Below are positions 11,383 to 20,850 of a DNA stretch of 64,000 nucleotides, one piece after another. The notes under the pieces are model-generated. The model saw nothing but the letters and a program-made list of their open reading frames with translations, did no database searches and had not been told where the DNA came from. Made by a program: the position numbers and the translations under genes. This stretch comes from Prasinococcaceae sp. CCMP 1430 (lineage: Eukaryota; Plantae; Prasinodermophyta). The stretch spans positions 1-64,000 of the forward strand of contig RQSC01001262.1 in assembly GCA_013416795.1 (NCBI GenBank). The letters run 5' to 3'. The stretch's first letter is position 1, and every line of letters begins with the position of its first letter.

Positions 11383-11518
11383 AAGAAAAACAAAGAAAAG
11401 GGAGAAAAAACACACAAGGGGTAAAACCAGGACCCTCTTGGTCTCTGCCTTCTCGAAAGGAAAGAAGGCGCCCTCCAACGAAGCCCATACACACGGTTTT
11501 CTTGGGCCGAAGGGTGTG

Positions 11519-11601
11519 TGAGAAGAGTAGGATTCGAACCTACGAAGACTTTCGTCCGCGGATTTACAATCAGCTCCAATTGACCACTCTGGCACCTTCT
11601 C
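11519..11601 (-). tRNA. trnY: tRNA-Tyr(GUA)
   Basis: Cloverleaf with variable arm, loop ttGTAaa. Confidence 0.85.
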
Positions 11602-11624
11602 GGGTGGGAAAAAAGAAAACCTTC

Positions 11625-11930
11625 TCAATCTCGCAAAAGGTTCATGTACTCTCCTCCAATAGTTCCCATCAATCGATAGTACACCACAAGGATTGCAAGG
11701 CCAATCGCTGATTCTGCGGCAGCGACAGTCAAGACAAAGAAAGCAAAGACTTGACCTTCGACGTCATGAAGAAGGGAAGAAAGAGAAAGGAGTTGCAAAT
11801 TGACTGCAAGAAGGATCAATTCAAGACAGAGAAGAACCAAAAGAATGGACTTTCGATTGAAAACAACCCCCATAACACCGATAACAAAAAAACAAAGGGC
11901 AAGGTTCAATGCAAAAACCGGATGAAGCAT
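11625..11930 (-). CDS. nad4L: NADH dehydrogenase subunit 4L
   Basis: LLCLELILLAVN and LTVAAAESAIGLAILV motifs. Confidence 0.95.
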   Translation of the reverse strand: MLHPVFALNLALCFFVIGVMGVVFNRKSILLVLLCLELILLAVNLQLLSLSSLLHDVEGQVFAFFVLTVAAAESAIGLAILVVYYRLMGTIGGEYMNLLRD

Positions 11931-11958
11931 AGAAGAAAAAAATGGAAAAAGAAAGAAA

Positions 11959-12612
11959 TCAGACCAACGGAGAGGGTCCAGTGTACGCAGCCCAATCCAT
12001 ATACACACAAAGGCCCTCGACACTTGGGACGAGAAGGCCCAGCAAAAGAAGGCGAAAACACCAGGTCAATCCTTCTCGCAAAGGACGTTGTTGAATACTC
12101 ATATAATCCAAAGCGATTCCTGTGAAGGATTGTTCCAAATGAAGGGCCAAAAGAGGGTAGACCAAAAGAAAGAGCATTCCAACCAAAGGGCCAAACTTGA
12201 ATCCAACAAGCCAATACAGTCCAAAAAAGAGAACCATCAAGGTCCACCCAACAAGGCCTGTCTTCGCTTGGGTATGCATCCGATCAATTTGGCGGATTTC
12301 CCCTGGGTGGGTTGAGAGAGAAGAAGAAACCAACACAAGACCTTGGTGTGGAAGGGCCCACCAAAGAAGAAGGGCTTCAAGATAAGGAACAACCAGGGTT
12401 GGATCAAGGGTTTTGGGTTGGGCAAGAAAAAACATGTACAGGTTGACCAAGAAAATGGGAACGCTTGAGGCAACCACCGTTCGATGCGCAAGATTCCACC
12501 ACTGGCTCCGAAGGTAGGACCCATACATAAAGAGAGGACGCCAAACACTCAGTTGAGAAGATGCAACACTCTCTCGATAGGGAAGAAAAACTGGACGTAG
12601 AAAATGAGACAT
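11959..12612 (-). CDS. sdh4: probable succinate dehydrogenase subunit 4, divergent and expanded
   Basis: WWNLAHRT and ALH...ALDY resemble SdhD motifs; directly downstream of sdh3. Confidence 0.6.
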   Translation of the reverse strand: MSHFLRPVFLPYRESVASSQLSVWRPLFMYGSYLRSQWWNLAHRTVVASSVPIFLVNLYMFFLAQPKTLDPTLVVPYLEALLLWWALPHQGLVLVSSSLSTHPGEIRQIDRMHTQAKTGLVGWTLMVLFFGLYWLVGFKFGPLVGMLFLLVYPLLALHLEQSFTGIALDYMSIQQRPLREGLTWCFRLLLLGLLVPSVEGLCVYMDWAAYTGPSPLV

Positions 12613-12634
12613 AGAAAAAAGAAAGAAAAAACCT

Positions 12635-13207
12635 TCAGTGAGACTTTCGATCAAAGGCTGGGCCAAGGTCGTCCTGAACCATACATCCAGCATAGTCTGC
12701 ATAGGCGTCTGAAAGTTCAAGAAGAAAGTCCAACCAGGTTCCAATCCCCACACCAAGACCAAAAAGAAAAAGACCAACACAGAGAATATACTGGGTTTTC
12801 CAAAAGTCTGGACTAAACTGGTAGGGAGTATTGAGGTACCAGTCCTCCATAAGAGAGTCGACCAGTGGGTGAATACAATGGTAGACACAAAGGGTCCAGA
12901 GAAGGAAAACAAAGAAAGTCCCGCATACAAGACTCCCTTGGGTTGAAAGATCAAAGGAAGAAGAAAGGGTTTGAAGACTTGTACTCTCTCGAAGACTTTC
13001 CAACCCAAAAAGAAGAGGGTTCAAAGAGGATTGAAGAACATTCGGAAGGGTCGCCCATCCAGTACTGAGAAAAAGAGGTGCCAATCCACCGTAAAGAAAG
13101 GGAAGAAGAAGAATCACTCCCGAAATACGCATGGAAATTGAAAGAACAGACCCACGTTGGGGACTGTACACAGTAAGGTGAGGAGACAAAGGTCGTTGAA
13201 GCTTCAT
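12635..13207 (-). CDS. sdh3: succinate dehydrogenase subunit 3
   Basis: RPLSPHLTVY...SISMRISG N-terminal signature. Confidence 0.9.
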   Translation of the reverse strand: MKLQRPLSPHLTVYSPQRGSVLSISMRISGVILLLPFLYGGLAPLFLSTGWATLPNVLQSSLNPLLFGLESLRESTSLQTLSSSFDLSTQGSLVCGTFFVFLLWTLCVYHCIHPLVDSLMEDWYLNTPYQFSPDFWKTQYILCVGLFLFGLGVGIGTWLDFLLELSDAYADYAGCMVQDDLGPAFDRKSH

Positions 13208-13265
13208 ACAAAGAAAAAACGAAAAAAGGCTGACCGCCTATAGGGAAAGAAAGGGTCTTCTGGGT

Positions 13266-13338
13266 TCAGAGTGACAGGACTCGAACCTGCGACCACTCGG
13301 TCCCAAACCGAGCACGCTACCAACTGCGCCACACTCTG
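13266..13338 (-). tRNA. trnP: tRNA-Pro(UGG)
   Basis: Cloverleaf, loop ttTGGga. Confidence 0.9.
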
Positions 13339-13376
13339 AAAACACATTGGTTTCCCAAGAAGGAGGTAAGACATTC

Positions 13377-13448
13377 GCGGGCATAGATCAAGGGCTAGAT
13401 TATCAGCCTTCCAAGCTGAAGATATGGGTTCGAATCCCATTGCCCGTA
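13377..13448 (+). tRNA. trnG: tRNA-Gly(UCC)
   Basis: Cloverleaf, loop ctTCCaa. Confidence 0.9.
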
Positions 13449-13535
13449 GACTCCTTTCATTTTCACACCCACTCTTCTTTCTTTTTGAGTTTCTTTAAAC
13501 ACTCAAAAAAGGTCAAAAACTGAAGAAAAAACCTT

Positions 13536-13621
13536 GCTTTCCTGGTGGAATTGGTAGACACGGTAGATTCAAACTCTGCTCCCAAGTCTTTGGGGTATCG
13601 GTTCGACTCCGATGGGAAGCA
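13536..13621 (+). tRNA. trnL: tRNA-Leu(CAA)
   Basis: Cloverleaf with variable arm, loop ttCAAac. Confidence 0.85.
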
Positions 13622-13715
13622 CTTCTCTCTCAAAAATCCTTCGATTCTTTTTTCTTGAAACCGAGTCAAAAGACTCTTTTTTTCTTTCTTTGGATCTTTA
13701 CATTTTTTTTCTTCT

Positions 13716-14666
13716 ATGACTCTTCCTTACCCTCGTTTGCGAACCCTTCGATCTCGATCTGCTCCTGTCTTCCACACAAAAAAGCTTTCTGCAAAACTTG
13801 CACGGTTGGTTGAAAGTAAGCGTCTCGGTCGCCCACAACCATCCTTTCGAAAGCTCTCTTGGTATAAAGAGCGACTTCAAGCACGTCAAAATGTTCGAGC
13901 CTTTTACGGGTGGATGCCAGCAACCTCTCTTGGTCGATTGATGAAAAAGGCCCGAGCACATCGACCAACCGCAGGGCCTACCTTTCTTCAAAGTCTTGAA
14001 CGAATGGCCTTCATGGTTGTATATCGAGCTGGGTTTGCTCCAACACCTCGAAGTGCGCGCACCCAAGTTCGTCAGGGGTGGTATACTTTGAATGGAAAGG
14101 TATTGACCGCTGCGACCCGTATGCTTGATCTTGGGGATACCCTCCTTCTTCAGTCCTCCTATCATTCTGCAGCCCACGCCCACCTTCAGTGTACAAAGTA
14201 TACACATACGACACAGTGGAAGGAGACCGAAAAGTCCGGCTTTCATACTGGGCTTCAACTCAGTCTTCTTGGAAATGGAGACGGAATGGTGGACCCTTCC
14301 TCTTTGGTGTGGCGTCTTCGAATGCTCAGTCTTCAAAAAAGTACACACCTTTCTTCCGGAAAGAAAGAAGGGTTTTCTCGTCTCCATACTGAAATTGGTC
14401 TTCATCAGACCTTTGTTTTGAAAGGAGATACAAGTCTTCTTCATGACAGCTGGGCTTCTCTCAAAAATCAGTCAAGCTTTTCTCCTCTTTGGTCAAAAAA
14501 AGATCGATCAACTGTTGAAAAAATCCTTCCAGGCCGATACCTTTCAGGCCACTTGGAAACCAATCCTCGGATTTTTGGACTGACCTTGGTAAGTCCACCA
14601 TCTCATTTGGTCTACCCAATGAAAGTAAACGAACGAACATTGGATCGACTCTATCACAGAAAGTGA
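13716..14666 (+). CDS. rps4: ribosomal protein S4 with internal insertion
   Basis: LQARQNVRAFYG; LERM...VYRAGFA...ARTQVRQG S4-domain pattern. Confidence 0.8.
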   Translation: MTLPYPRLRTLRSRSAPVFHTKKLSAKLARLVESKRLGRPQPSFRKLSWYKERLQARQNVRAFYGWMPATSLGRLMKKARAHRPTAGPTFLQSLERMAFMVVYRAGFAPTPRSARTQVRQGWYTLNGKVLTAATRMLDLGDTLLLQSSYHSAAHAHLQCTKYTHTTQWKETEKSGFHTGLQLSLLGNGDGMVDPSSLVWRLRMLSLQKSTHLSSGKKEGFSRLHTEIGLHQTFVLKGDTSLLHDSWASLKNQSSFSPLWSKKDRSTVEKILPGRYLSGHLETNPRIFGLTLVSPPSHLVYPMKVNERTLDRLYHRK

Positions 14667-14730
14667 AAGATTCTTCAGTTTTCTTTTTTCACACTTTCAA
14701 AACCATTCTTTGTCTATAAAAAAATCTTTT

Positions 14731-15543
14731 ATGTCTTTGTCTCTTCTTCATGCGAAAGAGAGTTTTTCACGATTGGGATGGGCAGGGTGCACCTTTGGAA
14801 CAAGTCTTTGGTGTGGAACCTTCTATGTGCATGACTTTGTTGACAGTCTTTTGCTCTTTCCTTCTTTGAGCGGGACTTCTTTTGGGTTTACTGCCCACGC
14901 ACCAACTGACCTTTTTGAAGTTCTTTTCCGAGTCCTTTTTTTCTCAACTTTGTGCACCTGCCTTCCAACTCTGATCTGCTTTTTTCTTGAAGCCGCTCAC
15001 CCTGGGTTGGATCAAAGTGAAACTTGGACTCTTCATTCCTTTCTTTTTTTCTTTGTTTTTGGGTTTCTTTTTCTTCTTTGGGTGGGAAAAATCCTTCTTT
15101 TGAGTACAATCTCTGGATTGGTTTTTTTGTATGGAGTGGACCAGAACCATCAAGACATACATACAGGTCTCCTTCCCCTTCTTCGAGGACTTGGGTGGAT
15201 CCGTTTTCTCACGCACACCCTTTCTTTGGGCTTTTTCATCTTTCTTCTTTGTGTGTGTCTTCCCTTTCTTTTGAAAAAAACAGGATACACAGTGATTGAT
15301 GGAAAGAGTCTTCGAAAACTTTGGGCACTTGGAACCCTTGGATGTTTGAGTTTGGCTCTCCCAACCCCAGACGTTTTTCTCGGTCTTTTGGGAATCTGGA
15401 TAGGCTTTCTCTTTCTCTTTGAAATCAGTCTGGGTTTTCTTTTGTACACACAGATCCGTCAGACTGTCCGAAAGACTTTCTCTTTCCAAGAAAGTAGTTT
15501 ATTTATATATTTTTTATATAAGTGGGTTTCTTCTTTCGGATGA
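14731..15543 (+). CDS. tatC: probable TatC/MttB translocase subunit
   Basis: Multi-pass hydrophobic ORF with P.D.F and PGL..E TatC-like motifs; gene common in green-algal mtDNA. Confidence 0.65.
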   Translation: MSLSLLHAKESFSRLGWAGCTFGTSLWCGTFYVHDFVDSLLLFPSLSGTSFGFTAHAPTDLFEVLFRVLFFSTLCTCLPTLICFFLEAAHPGLDQSETWTLHSFLFFFVFGFLFLLWVGKILLLSTISGLVFLYGVDQNHQDIHTGLLPLLRGLGWIRFLTHTLSLGFFIFLLCVCLPFLLKKTGYTVIDGKSLRKLWALGTLGCLSLALPTPDVFLGLLGIWIGFLFLFEISLGFLLYTQIRQTVRKTFSFQESSLFIYFLYKWVSSFG

Positions 15544-15619
15544 AGAGGGATTCGAACCCCCGATACTTCCGTATGTCAGTTTTCAAAACTGATGCCTTCG
15601 ACCACTCGGCCATTCATCC
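15537..15619 (-). tRNA. trnS: tRNA-Ser(UGA)
   Basis: Cloverleaf with variable arm, loop ttTGAaa. Confidence 0.9.
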
Positions 15620-15628
15620 AAATCAAGG

Positions 15629-15700
15629 TGGGTTCAGTAGGACTCGAACCTACGGCCTGTCGGTTAAAAGCCGATTGCTCTCCCACTGAGCTATGAACCC
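15629..15700 (-). tRNA. trnK: tRNA-Lys(UUU)
   Basis: Cloverleaf, loop ctTTTaa. Confidence 0.9.
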
Positions 15701-15775
15701 TCAATAAGAGTACAATCTTTCTTTGAAGAAAGGATGGTTTTGCTTGTATGTGTACAAAAAAGAAGGAAGAAAAAC

Positions 15776-15857
15776 TACGAATAGAGGGACTCGAACCCCC
15801 AAGGCGCAAGCCACTGGTTCCTAAAACCAGCGTGTCTACCGATTTCACCATATTCGC
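15776..15857 (-). tRNA. trnL: tRNA-Leu(UAG)
   Basis: Cloverleaf with variable arm, loop ttTAGga. Confidence 0.9.
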
Positions 15858-15909
15858 ATCCGGAAACTCCGGTGTCTTTGTACAAAGACAGATCCATCTT
15901 CTGAAGAAA

Positions 15910-16140
<231 letters not shown>

Positions 16141-16327
16141 TCAAAAAAAAGGTCAAGAAAGTCTCCTTCCTTAGGAAACGCCGTACAGAAAGGGTAGAGG
16201 GTTTCTTTTCACACGAATACAAAAAAAAAGAAGAAAGACTTCTTTTCAAAAAATCATTTTTTCTCTATTAGGCGGTTACAAAAGAAAAAACCTTCTTTTC
16301 AAATCTTTCTGTTTTTTACCTTGGTTT

Positions 16328-17227
16328 TCACATTCCAAGTCGAAGAGGTCGAACCTTGGTTTTTCGCCGCTTTCGTCGTTGAGCGGGAAGACGACATCCA
16401 TTATGGGGTGTTTTCTTGACAAAAAGGGTTCCAACCTTTTTAAAAGTCGGATGACTTCCTTCCTTTCGGGAAGCCTTCCAATGACGTTGAACAACCTTCA
16501 TAATCCCTGCTTGGGCTGCAGACCCAGATCGACCCGAACCAGAGAGAACCAAAAGGAAGGATTTCATTCCACCTTGAAAGGCTTCCTTGGCCATTTTCAT
16601 TCCAAGAGCAAAGGCTGGGTGTGTCAGTCGTTGTTTTTGGATGAACCCAAGACTTCCAGTTGATGCATGGGAAAAGGATCGCCCCCAAATGTCGGTAATT
16701 CCAAGAAAACAGTTATTATAGACGGTTGTCACATGGAGACACCCATACGCAGGAAACCGGGTTTTTTGGTCCGGATAAAAGCGAGCGTGAAACCGGGCTT
16801 GTTCTTTATGCAAAAGATAGGTTTTTTTTCCTTCCTGTCCTTCCAAAGTAGGAAGGTTTTCTGAAAACTGAGGGTTTTGAACTCGAGCTTGTGCACTCAG
16901 AAGGATTGGAAAAACATCCTTCTTTCCCTCTGCCAAACTTTGGTTTTTCTCCGAAACAGAACCAAGAAGATTCACAGACTCTGTGTACAAGGTTTGAAGA
17001 TTGGTTTGGTAGGAAGTATATGGTTTCTGGAAAGAAACCCCATACCAAGAATTCAAACGAGAGGAAGAAAGACTTCCTGAGGGTGACCATCGACGACGAA
17101 GCAAAAATCGGCGAGCCTTTTTCGCTCGGAGCCGGAGACTTTGAAAAGCAAAGAATCGAAGGTTTGCATGGTTCGAACCCTGGGCTTGGAATTTTTTTTG
17201 AAAGGATAGGTCTGAAGAAAAAGACAT
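16328..17227 (-). CDS. rps11: ribosomal protein S11 with long N-terminal extension; start uncertain
   Basis: HVTTVYNN.FLGITD.WG...STGSLGF and TPHNGCRLP..RR. Confidence 0.8.
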   Translation of the reverse strand: MSFSSDLSFQKKFQAQGSNHANLRFFAFQSLRLRAKKARRFLLRRRWSPSGSLSSSRLNSWYGVSFQKPYTSYQTNLQTLYTESVNLLGSVSEKNQSLAEGKKDVFPILLSAQARVQNPQFSENLPTLEGQEGKKTYLLHKEQARFHARFYPDQKTRFPAYGCLHVTTVYNNCFLGITDIWGRSFSHASTGSLGFIQKQRLTHPAFALGMKMAKEAFQGGMKSFLLVLSGSGRSGSAAQAGIMKVVQRHWKASRKEGSHPTFKKVGTLFVKKTPHNGCRLPAQRRKRRKTKVRPLRLGM

Positions 17228-17262
17228 GAAAGAAAAAAATCAAAAACAAAGAGAAAAAACCT

Positions 17263-17643
17263 TTATTTACTCACTTTTTTTCGAAAAAGATTTGTTTTCC
17301 GAAAGGTTCGAGCATTTGATCGTGTTCGTTGACCACGACAGGGAAGCCCACTTCGGTGTCGAAATCCTCGATATGAGGAGGTTTCCACAAGAGTTTGAAG
17401 GTTTTTAAAATGGGCCCGCTTCAAAGCATAGGCCCCCGGATAGAGTGCTTCTCCAAGGGCTGTCAATTGCATGGAATGTTCTTTGGAAAGTGCAGACAAA
17501 GGGAGGGTTGGAAGAACACCGAGAACTGCACAATATTTTTGTACACTTTGATGGCCGATCCCATAAAGAGATCGAAGGGCATGGTCAAGAGAGGTTGAAG
17601 AGGGAAAAGACTGGCCCAAAAGATTTGTTGTAGGTGTTGGCAT
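17263..17643 (-). CDS. rps13: ribosomal protein S13
   Basis: ALRSLYGIG; YRGFRHRSGLPCRGQRTRSNART. Confidence 0.95.
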   Translation of the reverse strand: MPTPTTNLLGQSFPSSTSLDHALRSLYGIGHQSVQKYCAVLGVLPTLPLSALSKEHSMQLTALGEALYPGAYALKRAHFKNLQTLVETSSYRGFRHRSGLPCRGQRTRSNARTFRKTNLFRKKVSK

Positions 17644-17725
17644 ACAGCGAAAAAAGAAAGACTCACCTTTCCATAAAAGGAAAGAATTTTTTTGAAAGTT
17701 TTTTAAAGTGTAGAAAGAAAGAGAA

Positions 17726-18214
17726 TTATTTCTTTTTCCCTTCACGAAGGGTATACAAAACGCCTTCAACACGAACACCCTTTGCTTTATAAGGATCGGG
17801 TCGACGAAGGTCCCGAAGGTGAGCGCCCACAGATCCAACAATACCTGGGTGAAGACCATACAAAACAAGGGTTGTTGGACTTTCAATATGAAGCATCCAA
17901 TCTTCTCCATGGGGAAGAAGAGTATCGTGAGAGTATCCAACCTTTACCCGAGTCGAACAAGGGGTTTGATCAGCTTTAAACCCAGTTCCAACAAGGTCAA
18001 AGGCTTTTCGACTTCCAACCTGAAGATGGTGAATGCTTGTTTCAAGAACACGAAGGCTTCGTGGATTGGTACACAAAAGGTTTCGCCCAGAAAGTGTAAT
18101 CTCTCCTTCACAATCGACAAGAAGGGACCCGAGAGGTCCAGTGAGAAGACCATGGTGAGATCCAAACATATGAAGGCTTACATCAGGCGGAAGACTAAAC
18201 ACAAAGGGAGGCAT
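17726..18214 (-). CDS. rpl6: ribosomal protein L6
   Basis: LVGTGFKA, KVGYSH, RRPDPYKAKGV. Confidence 0.9.
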   Translation of the reverse strand: MPPFVFSLPPDVSLHMFGSHHGLLTGPLGSLLVDCEGEITLSGRNLLCTNPRSLRVLETSIHHLQVGSRKAFDLVGTGFKADQTPCSTRVKVGYSHDTLLPHGEDWMLHIESPTTLVLYGLHPGIVGSVGAHLRDLRRPDPYKAKGVRVEGVLYTLREGKKK

Positions 18215-18368
18215 ACGAAAGACGAAGGGTTCTCTTTGTCGGTCAGACAAAGGAGGAAAAAGAGGTCTACAAAGAATGTGTAAAAGAAAGAAAGGTTTTT
18301 TCTCTCATGCAAAAAAACAAAAATATATGAAGGTCAGAATCAAAGACCTTTCAAAGAAGAAAAGAATC

Positions 18369-18764
18369 TTATGATCCATTCACTTCAAGAAGGTGCTCCC
18401 CTCCTAGGTTCAAGATCCAAGCTTCTGTATGTGAAAGAATCCCCTGGTCAGTCGAAAGAACCTTCAGATTCCAATAGGGTGTTCCCTGATCGAGTTGGCG
18501 TGCTCGAAGGTACACTCGTTTTTGGGATTTAGAGATCCGACGAATAGTACGCAGAGCAGGTTTCCCATCCACATATCGAAGGGTTGCCACACAAAGGTTT
18601 TTTTCAAGGATCCACCCATGAAGAAGACCATGAGAGGAAAGAAGACTGAGGATTGCAGAATTTTGAGCAGTGTGCGGAAGAGAGACCTTTGTTTGTTTCA
18701 AGGTTGCTCCTGTGCTCAGTGCGGTGACAAGAGCATCCAAAGGTTGGTGTCCAAAGTACTTCAT
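18369..18764 (-). CDS. rps8: ribosomal protein S8
   Basis: RRISKSQKRVY; VLSTDQGILSHTEA...LGGE. Confidence 0.9.
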   Translation of the reverse strand: MKYFGHQPLDALVTALSTGATLKQTKVSLPHTAQNSAILSLLSSHGLLHGWILEKNLCVATLRYVDGKPALRTIRRISKSQKRVYLRARQLDQGTPYWNLKVLSTDQGILSHTEAWILNLGGEHLLEVNGS

Positions 18765-18863
18765 AAAGAGAAAAGAGAGTCTGCTTCTTTGAGGGTTCAG
18801 ACGAAAAAAAAAGAAAAATATGAAAAAGAAGAAAGAAAGATCAACCCAAGAAAAAGGTCTCAC

Positions 18864-19205
18864 TCAGTTTCGCTTCAAGAACCCTGGAATCTGGCCACGA
18901 TTGGCAAGGCGACGAAGGCTGTGTCGACTCAACCGAGTTTTTGAAAAAACTCCACGTCCTCGACCCGTGAGTGTACATCGGTTTCGCACACGGGTTGCTG
19001 AAGTGTTGCGATCCAGAGAAGCAAGGTAAAGGCCAACCCCGTATCGATAGTCCGCTGGAAGACGAAGGTTCTTCATCAAAGACCGGAGAAGTCGACGGAA
19101 GAACCCCTGTGTACGAACCTTTTCTCGACGAAGACGGTCAGTGGTGACCTTTCCTTTTCCCGGAAGTCGAGCAATTTCATAGAGATGAAAGCCTTTGAGT
19201 GCCAT
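18864..19205 (-). CDS. rps14: ribosomal protein S14
   Basis: [20 protein letters not shown]...LSRH..R.LA..GQIPG. Confidence 0.92.
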   Translation of the reverse strand: MALKGFHLYEIARLPGKGKVTTDRLRREKVRTQGFFRRLLRSLMKNLRLPADYRYGVGLYLASLDRNTSATRVRNRCTLTGRGRGVFSKTRLSRHSLRRLANRGQIPGFLKRN

Positions 19206-19843
19206 AGTAGAAAAAATAAAGCCGGAGATTCTTTGAAGATTTTTGAAGGCTTTCTTTGAATGTACCTTTGAACAGCCTTCTCAGGAAGGAGAGGAAATTG
19301 ACGTTCCGTCAAATATCGATACCCCTCTTCCTTTGTTGTTGTTGGTGTGTGAATACACACTTGAAGGTAAAACCCTTCTTCCAAAAGAGGTTTCAAAGGC
19401 TCGAGTTCTGGACAAGAGTCCAAAGAATTCAAAGTAAAAGAAAGGTCGCCCTGAAGGTTCAATCCCGAAAGAGGAATTCCCTGAAAGGTTGGGTCCAAAG
19501 GGAAAAAAGTGTGGATGCATCGGGAAAGAAAGCTTTCAGCATACTCCCCCTTCAAAGAAAGTGTAAATCCAAGAAGGTCGTTTTTTCGAAGATGGAAAGA
19601 AGCATGATGATTTTCTGCTTGCGCACTTTCAGGGTAGATTCCTGTAAGAAAACTCATGAGTTTCAAAAAACGAATCCCTTTTTTTGGATCAGATGCCAAG
19701 GTTTTTTCTGTACAATGAAGAGAAACCTGGAGAGGGCCGGTCACCTTTCCAGTATTCAAAAGACTGTCGTACACGCACACAGTTTTTCCATGTGCATGAA
19801 GGCGAGACATCAAGGGGTAGGGTGTGTAGGCGTAGGGTGTCAT
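19076..19843 (-). CDS. rpl5: ribosomal protein L5; C-terminal tail overlaps rps14
   Basis: [20 protein letters not shown]; position in spc cluster. Confidence 0.8.
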   Translation of the reverse strand: MTPYAYTPYPLMSRLHAHGKTVCVYDSLLNTGKVTGPLQVSLHCTEKTLASDPKKGIRFLKLMSFLTGIYPESAQAENHHASFHLRKNDLLGFTLSLKGEYAESFLSRCIHTFFPLDPTFQGIPLSGLNLQGDLSFTLNSLDSCPELEPLKPLLEEGFYLQVCIHTPTTTKEEGYRYLTERQFPLLPEKAVQRYIQRKPSKIFKESPALFFLLWHSKAFISMKLLDFREKERSPLTVFVEKRFVHRGSSVDFSGL

Positions 19844-19875
19844 AAAAAGCACAAAAAAAGAGAAGGTCAAATCTT

Positions 19876-20250
19876 TCACAAAATTCGGGGTGAAAGACTG
19901 AGAATTTTCGTATGTTCACGCCGAAGTTCAACTCCTGCTTGTGTATGAACTCGGGTGCCCAAAGGCCCGCCTTGAGCATTCAACAACACACAGGCGTTAT
20001 ACCCCTGGGTCACAGAACTTCCATCTGAACGTTGGGATGGTTTCAAAGTATTGACAATAACTGCCTTGTACATTGAACCAAGACGAACTTTAGGGTTCTG
20101 AATCTTTGGACTCAAAGACCGAACACTCACAAGAATGGTGGCACCCACGCTTCCATATCCCTTTGGTTGGACTCCATAGACTTTGAGACACCGAACCTTT
20201 CGGGCTCCAGAGTTATCAACAACGTGTAGTCGACTGCCTGTAATGATCAT
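19876..20250 (-). CDS. rpl14: ribosomal protein L14
   Basis: LHVVDNSGARKVRC; NACVLLN...PLGTRV. Confidence 0.95.
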   Translation of the reverse strand: MIITGSRLHVVDNSGARKVRCLKVYGVQPKGYGSVGATILVSVRSLSPKIQNPKVRLGSMYKAVIVNTLKPSQRSDGSSVTQGYNACVLLNAQGGPLGTRVHTQAGVELRREHTKILSLSPRIL

Positions 20251-20291
20251 AAAGAGAAAAAAGAAAGGAAAAAAAGAAGGAAAAACCCAGG

Positions 20292-20732
20292 TCAGTTTTC
20301 CGTTCCCCACTCGGCTTTTTTCTGAGAACGATCAATAAACCGAAGAGGGACTTTAAACTTTTCTGACAAAAGAGCACAGGCCTCCTGAGCTGCGGTCTTG
20401 GAAACCCGGCTCATTTCGAAAAGAACTTCTCCTTTTCGAACACGAGCAATCCAATGATGAGGGTTCCCTTTTCCCTTTCCCATTCGTACTTCTTGGGGCT
20501 TTCGTGTGACAAGGACGTCTGGAAAGACTCGAATATAGAGTTTTCCTTGACGCTTCAAAGTTCGGGTAATCACACGACGGGCAGCTTCAAGGGAACGAGC
20601 TGGAAGTTTACAAGGGTGGAGTGCTTGAATCCCATAAATCCCAAACATCAAATCTCCTGTGGTTGCAGTTTTCTGAAAGCTTCCCTTCATTTTCTGATAT
20701 TTTCGAAAGGGTGTTCGTTTTGGTTGAAGCAT
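20292..20732 (-). CDS. rpl16: ribosomal protein L16
   Basis: MLQPKRT.FRK; KPQEVRMGKGKG. Confidence 0.95.
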   Translation of the reverse strand: MLQPKRTPFRKYQKMKGSFQKTATTGDLMFGIYGIQALHPCKLPARSLEAARRVITRTLKRQGKLYIRVFPDVLVTRKPQEVRMGKGKGNPHHWIARVRKGEVLFEMSRVSKTAAQEACALLSEKFKVPLRFIDRSQKKAEWGTEN

Positions 20733-20850
20733 ACAAAAGAAAGAAAGGAAAAAGGAGGCAAAAGAAACCACACATACTTTCCCTCCATACGGGGAAAGGG
20801 TGAGAAAGGAAAAACCTTACGTACTAGAATGTTTCAAAAAAACCTTTCTT

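Noticed and set aside
17160-17190. ggttcgaaccc T-loop-like motif inside rps11
   Set aside because: No acceptor, D or anticodon stems can be formed.
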